64,000 nucleotides of DNA from the human T2T-CHM13v2.0 reference genome, Homo sapiens: the NCBI RefSeq assembly GCF_009914755.1, contig NC_060936.1. The stretch is one strand, 5' to 3'. Position numbers and translations under genes: made by a program. The notes beneath the pieces were generated by a model, which saw only the letters and a program-made list of their open reading frames with translations, was not told the DNA's origin and searched no databases. Shown one piece after another: positions 57,567 through 64,000 of the stretch. Numbering within the stretch: the stretch's first letter is position 1; each line of letters opens with the position of its first letter.

Positions 57567-58251
57567 TCAGTCTGCGTTTTAAATTGATTCAATAAACCAC
57601 ATAATTCAGGCATCTTTACTTAATCTGCATGGCTTTTTGTACGATGACTTCTGTGATAGCTTGCATGGTAGTATACTTAGGGGCTACTATTGAGTCAAAG
57701 TAATTTCCCACATGACAAATGTGGATGTAAGGACTGGCACTCAAACAGCCATCTGGGACCCATGGGGTGAAAGGTTCATGCTGAGGATGGAATAGCAGCA
57801 AGACGGAAGAAACGAGCAACAATTTAGTGGGAGCCTGAATCTCTTATGATGGGGTGTCCCAGCCCTGGATTGGCTCCCTCTATTTTTTTATGTGTGAGAA
57901 AATAAACTGATATATTTTTAAAGTCAGTATTATTGTAGATTTTCTGTCACAGCTCAGTCTAGTTCTACTTAATACACTAATATTTCATATTTCTTCCACT
58001 ATTTTAAATCACTTTTTCAAAATGTGATCAGTCTAAGGGCCATCAAAAGGATCTATCTGAGCTACTTGTCAAAATTTAGTTGCTACCCCACAGTCTGTAG
58101 TGGGGCCCCAGGATTCTCCACTAATGATGAGTCTCCTTGGATATTCTTATGCCACCAATATTTGTAAATCACTGATCAATAGGAAGTATCTCTGTTTTTT
58201 ATCTTTAGAATTTAGTCCAAAGACTAAATAATGGCAAAGAATAAAACCTGG

Positions 58252-59132
<881 letters not shown>

Positions 59133-59195
<63 letters not shown>

Positions 59196-59385
59196 TATAT
59201 CTTTAGAATTTAGTCCAAAGACTAAATAATGGCAAAGAATAAATACAGAATAATATATATATATATATATAGAACCTAGAATAAAGAATAATAAAGAATA
59301 AAGAATTATATATATATATAACCTAGGAAATTATATATATATATGTGCGTGCGTGTGCGTGCGTGTGTGTGTGTGTGTGTGTGTA
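59133..59385. repeat. Complex (TA)n / AAAGAAT / (GT)n low-complexity patch
   Basis: Read directly; contains a 46-bp copy of 58200-58245. Confidence 0.9.
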
Positions 59386-59538
59386 TTTATTTATTTTTGA
59401 GGTGGAGTATTGCTTTGTCATCCAGGCTGGAGTGCAGTGGTGTGATCTTGGCTCACTGCAACCTCCACCTCCCTGGTTCAAGCAATTCTCCCTGCCTCAG
59501 CCTCCCGAGTAGCTAGGATTACAGGCATGAGCCACTGT
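59385..59538 (-). mobile_element. Alu, monomer-length, internally deleted
   Basis: Right-arm sequence runs directly into the left-arm end at GGATTACAGGC. Confidence 0.85.
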
Positions 59539-60049
59539 ATCTGTCCTCACATCTCTTAATGCTATTTTTGGACAGACTAATTGTTCATGCTTGTTAAGGA
59601 GGTAGTGAATATATTGTAGTCTTTCATATGATACTAGATCATTTTTGGAATTATAGAGAGTTACACCCAAGAAAGGAAATATATTGGAAAAAAAAGTCAT
59701 ACTAACTGCCACATCCACTGTCCTTCTTTATTTTAAGCCTTGCTCAGGGAAATTGCTCTGAAATGCATTACGGTGTCACTGATTAGATCATGGTAGGTAC
59801 ATGATTTACAAGAACCTAGCTTACAACCTAGGAGATTACTTGTAGGGGTGATCGTAAACATCTAAGACAAATACTCTTGCTTCCTCTGTAATTTGGACTG
59901 TGGAGTTTGAAACATGAAGACTGGCCAGTGAGTAGAGAGATTTAGATTCAGTAGATCTAGGATAGGACCTTAGTGTTCATTCTCTCTCTCTTTCCAGTAG
60001 TTCTTTTTCACTCCATGATTGGAGAATCTCTGTTGTTTTGAAAGAATTA

Positions 60050-60555
60050 GGCCATATCAAGTCAAGTATTTAAATCTTGTTCCTACCACCTGCTAGCTCT
60101 GTGATTGTCACTTAATCTTTCTGATATTTAACTTCTTCAACTTTGAAGATTATGCCTACCTATGAAAATTATAAAGATTATATGATGCAGCCGGGCGCAG
60201 TAGCTCACGCCTGTAATCTCAGCACTTTGGGAGGCTGAGGCGGGTGGATCACAAGGTCAGGCATTCGAGACCAGCCTGGCCAACATAGTGAAACCCCGTC
60301 TCTACTAAAAATACAAAAAATTAGCTGGGCATGGTGGCGGATGCCTGTAATCCCAGCTACTCAGGAGGCTGAGGCAGGAGAATCCCTTGAACCTGGGAGG
60401 TGGAGGTTGCAGTGAGCCAAGATTGCGTCACTGCACTCCAGCCCAGGCGACAGTGCCAGACTCCATCTCAAAAAAAAAAAAAAAAAAAAAAGATGCAATA
60501 TATTTAAAGTACCTAGCAGAGTACCAGGGAAACTGGAAAGCCTCAATAATCGGAA
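60050..60555 (+). mobile_element. MIR split by an Alu
   Basis: GCTCTGTGATTGTCACTTAATC...AAAGTACCTAGCAGAGTACCAGG...CCTCAATAA. Confidence 0.6.
60189..60491 (+). mobile_element. Alu (AluSg-like)
   Basis: Full dimer; TSD GATGCA. Confidence 0.95.
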
Positions 60556-61499
60556 TATAGCAAGGGTTTTACTGCCATTTCTAAACAACAGATAGGATGA
60601 GTAAAACCACAAATATGGTCCAGTTACATAGCATAAGAAATCTGACAAAGCTCTTACAGCCTTTCGTATGTTGTCTCAGTCTGTTTGTGCTACTACAATA
60701 AAATAGCTTAGATTGTGGCCGGGTATGGTGGCTCACACCTGTAATCTCAGCACTTCAGGAGGCTGAGGCAAGAGGATCACTTGAGGCCAGGCGTTTGAGA
60801 CCAGCCTGGGCAACATAGCAAGACGCCATCTCTGAGAGGTGACAGCGTGCTGGCAGTCCTCACAGCCCTGGCTCGCTCTGGGCGCCTCCTCTGCCTGGGC
60901 TCCCACTTTGGCAGCACTTGAGGAGCCCTTCAGCCCACCGCTGCACTGTGGGAGTCCCTTTCTGGGCTGGCCAAGGCCGGAGCCGGCTCCCTTAGCTTGC
61001 AGGGAGGTGTGGAGGGAGAGGCACGAGCGGGAACCCCGGGCTGCGCGTGGCGCTTGTGGGCCAGCTGGAGTTCCGGCTGGGCGTGGGCTTGGTGGGCCCC
61101 CACTCGGAGCAGCCGGTCGGCCCTGCCGGCCCGGGCAATGAGGGGCTTGGCACCCGGGCCAGCGGCTGCGGAGGGTGTACTGGGTCCCCCAGCAGTGCCA
61201 GCCCACCGGTGCTGCGCTCGATTTCTCGCTGGGCCTTAGCTGCCTTCTCGCGGGGCAGGGCTCGGGACCTGCAGCCCGCCATGCCTGAGCCTCCCACCCC
61301 CTCCGTGGGCTCCTGGGCAGCCCGAGCCTCCCCGATGACCGCCGCCCCCCGCTCCAGGGCGCCCAGTCCCATCGACCACCCAAGGGCTGAGGAGTGTGGG
61401 TGCACGGCAGGGGACTGGAAGGCAGCTCCACCTGCAGCCCCATTGCGGGATCCACTGGGTGAAGCCAGCTGGGCTCCTGAGTCTGTTGGGGACGTGGAG

Positions 61500-61945
61500 A
61501 ACCTTTATGTCTAGCTCAGGGATTGTAAATACACCAATCAGCACCCTGTGTCTAGCTCAGGGTTTATGAATGCACCAACCAACACTCTGTATCTAGCTAC
61601 TCTGGTGGGGCCTTGGGGAACCTTTATGTCTAGCTCAGGGATTGTAAATACACCAATTGGCACTCTGTATCTAGCTCAAGGTTTGTAAACACACCAATCA
61701 GCACCCTGTGTCTAGCTCAGGGTTTGTGAATGCACCAGTCCACAGTCTGCATCTAGCTACTCTGGTGGGGCCTTGGAGAACCTTTGTGTGCACACTCTGT
61801 ATCTAGCTAATCTGGTGGGGATGTGGAGAACCTTTGTGTCTAGCTCAGGGATTGTAAAGGCACCAATCAGCGCCCTGTCAAAACAGACCATTCACTCTAC
61901 CAATCAGCAGGATTTGGGTGGGGCCAGATAAGAGAATAAAAGCAG
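61500..61945 (+). promoter_or_regulatory. LTR12 U3 enhancer/promoter (NF-Y CCAAT array, GATA, TATA-like AATAAAA)
   Basis: CCAAT at 61534, 61653, 61694, 61863, 61900; AGATAA at 61926; AATAAAA 61935-61941; poly(A) signal AATAAA at 62022. Confidence 0.8.
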
Positions 61946-62068
61946 GCTGCCCCAACCAGCAATGGTAACCTGCTGGGGGTACTCTTTCACACTGTGGAAG
62001 GTTTGTTCTTTTGCTCTTTGCAATAAATCTTGCTACTGCTCACTCTTTGGGTCCACACTGCTTTTATG

Positions 62069-62400
62069 AGCTGTAACACTCACCGCAAAGGTCTGCAGCT
62101 TCACTCCTGAAGCCAGCGAGACCACGAGCCCACCGGGAGGAACGAACAAATCCAGACGCGCTTCCTTAAGAGCTGTAACACTCACCGCGAAGGTCTGCAG
62201 CTTCACTCCTGAAGCCAGTGAGACCACCAGCCCACCGGGAGGAACGATCAAATCCAGACGCGCTGCCTTAAGAGCTGTAACACTCACCGTGAAGGTCTGC
62301 AGCTTCACTCCTGAGCCAGCGAGACCACGAACCCACCAGAAGGAAGAAACTCCGGACACGCCACCTTTAAGAACTGTAACACTCAGTGCGAGGGTCCGCG
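62069..62400 (+). repeat. LTR12 U5 tandem repeat (~100-bp period)
   Basis: CTGTAACACTCA at 62071, 62173, 62275 and 62374. Confidence 0.9.
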
Positions 62401-62737
62401 GCTTCATTCTTGAAGTCAGTGAGACCAAGAACCCACTAATTCCGGACACGCCTCTACAAACAATTTAAAAATTAGCTGCACCTGGTGGCACATGCCTGTT
62501 GTCCCAGCTCCTAAGGAGACTGAGGCAGAAGGATCACTTGAGCCCAGGAGGTCGAGGCTGCGGTGAGCTATGATTACATTCCTATACTACAGCCTGAGAC
62601 CCTGTCTCAAAAAACAAACAAAAAACACAGCAACAATAAACCTGAAACTGTGTCCTCACATGGCAGGAAAGCTAAAGAACAAGCTAAATGAATATGTCAT
62701 ATTCTATATTAAGAGGACAAGTTAAAGAGAATCCCAT

Positions 62738-63097
62738 TGTCTTAGGGACAGTTTCATTTGCTGCAACAGAATAGCAGAGACTGGGCAATTTATAAAGAAA
62801 AGAAATTTCTCAATTCTGGAGGCCAGGAAGTCTAAGATCAAGGCACTGGCAGGTTCAGTTGTCTGGTGAGGGCTTACAGGCTCCGAAAGGGAGGGATGCT
62901 GTGTTCTTCTATGGTACAAAGTAGAAGGAAGGGCAAGAGAACTCAAAGCTGCATGAAGCCTTTTTTATAACATCCTTAATCCCCTTAATGAGAGCAGAAC
63001 CCTAATGACCTTATCCCCCCTTAAAGCCCTCACCTCTTAATAAGGTCGCATTGGCAACACCTGAATTTTGGAGGGGGCCCAGTCAAACCACAGCAGC
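62738..63097 (-). mobile_element. MaLR LTR (MST/MLT1A-like)
   Basis: TGTCTTAG...GAGACTGGGCAATTTATAAAG...GAAGTCTAAGATCAAGGCACTGGCAGG...AAACCACAGCA. Confidence 0.75.
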
Positions 63098-63402
63098 ATC
63101 TTTTTATGAAATAATATTAGGAGCCCACTGAATTTTTGTTCTCCAGATTCACTCTAGTTCAACACATGAGCAATTCTTGCTAAAATTTCTCTTCCTTTCA
63201 GGTGTGATTATATCACAATAGTAAGAGATAACTAACTTTTGTTCAGGAACCTCCTTATCGCTGCTTAGAAATTTGCATTTCTGACCATCAGTAGATTGCA
63301 GGTCCTACTCATTAGGGCATTTCTTAGTTGCATATGGTAGTGATATTATATTTCAGTCCTAATTGACATTAACAAGATGATTTGCATGTGGGGGAAAGGT
63401 AT

Positions 63403-63590
63403 TCATTTGAGTGCAGATAGAACTGGATTTGTGGAACTCTTCAAAGATATGTAGAGTGGTGCAGGAAGCTCTGGATTTTTCCTTACTGCCTCACTAATAC
63501 TGTAAATAGTTGGATGACTGCTGTAACTAGATATACACATTCTTGAAGAATGTTTAATCTTGCAAAATTGTGCACTAAAACTATTCAAAC
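63403..63590 (-). CDS. Candidate terminal coding exon of an unidentified gene (weak)
   Basis: Apparently non-repeat open frame (G)LNSFSAQF...HPTIYSISEAVRK...NPVLSALK* after a weak TAAG|G acceptor; protein not recognised. Confidence 0.25.
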
Positions 63591-64000
63591 CTTATGCAAT
63601 ATTTTAACAAAAGCAGTATCAAAAATGCTAATAATAGCACAGTTTAAAAGATATGTTGAGTTTCTAATAAATATTACAGAAAATATAGCAAAAAACAAAA
63701 CCAAAAACATAAGAAGGTAGTATGAAGGAAGAAGCTAAAAGGAAAGGTCTTCACAGTTTACATCATAGAGACAAGGAAAGAACTACATTGTTACCAGAAT
63801 TCCCACCTAGAGAAGCTGTTGCAGACTTTGCACAAAATGTTGTGAGGACGGAGAGTTTGGCTTATATCATTGTGTGTGTTTGTGTGTTTGCACAAAGCCT
63901 ATGGAAAATTCACATTAAGCAGTTTTAAGACAGAGTCGTGGCCAGACAGAGCTAAACAGAAGAACTTGTAATGTACGACGTACAGACATCTTGCACTCTA

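Larger units (their letters stand above)
60833..62450 (+). mobile_element. ERV9 solo LTR (LTR12C-like)
   Basis: Starts TGAGAGGTGACAGCGTGCTGGCAG; CpG-rich 5' U3, CCAAT repeats, U5 repeats; ends AATTCCGGACACG; near-TSD TCTC/CCTC. Confidence 0.95.
60717..62630 (+). mobile_element. AluJ-like element split by LTR12 (arms 60717-60832 and 62451-62630)
   Basis: ...AGACGCCATCTC | CCTCTACAAA...ATTAGCTG rejoins into one Alu. Confidence 0.9.

Noticed and set aside
60733-61544. Long ORFs (240, 155 and 137 aa) and a CpG-island-like stretch
   Set aside because: They fall within the GC-rich U3 of LTR12C (one running into the flanking Alu); not a host gene or host CpG island
61500-62400. Regularly spaced repeats resembling a CRISPR array
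   Set aside because: The intervening segments are themselves repeated, there are no cas genes, and these are the known U3/U5 repeats of ERV9 LTRs

Overview
Repeat-dense primate genomic DNA, most likely human (AluJ/S/Y, LTR12C and HERV-L are all present). About 65 Alu copies cover roughly 30% of the window. The main elements are a near-full-length HERV-L/MLT2A provirus on the - strand (33747-41109; both LTRs, 5-bp TSD, tRNA-Leu PBS, decayed gag-pro-RT-RNaseH-IN-dUTPase), two L1 ORF2 fragments, a solo LTR12C inside an Alu, many MaLR/ERV1/ERVL LTRs, MIR/L2 relics and a Tigger-type DNA transposon. The only host-like signals are a GC/CpG-enriched promoter-like region at ~650-1760 with a near-perfect RFX X-box, and a weak candidate terminal exon at 63403-63590 (-). 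I cannot support any host gene name, RNA gene or CRISPR array, and nearly all track ORFs are repeat-derived. I found no evidence of a new biological system. The most unusual signals are small mutational scars: a 46-bp templated insertion in a (TA)n patch, an orphan micro-retrocopy with poly(A) and TSD, an out-of-order L1 ORF2 segment, template-switch and AT palindromes, fused inverted Alus, and repeated re-use of one L1-endonuclease site. Repeat subfamily names come from recalled consensus features and should be confirmed with RepeatMasker/Dfam.
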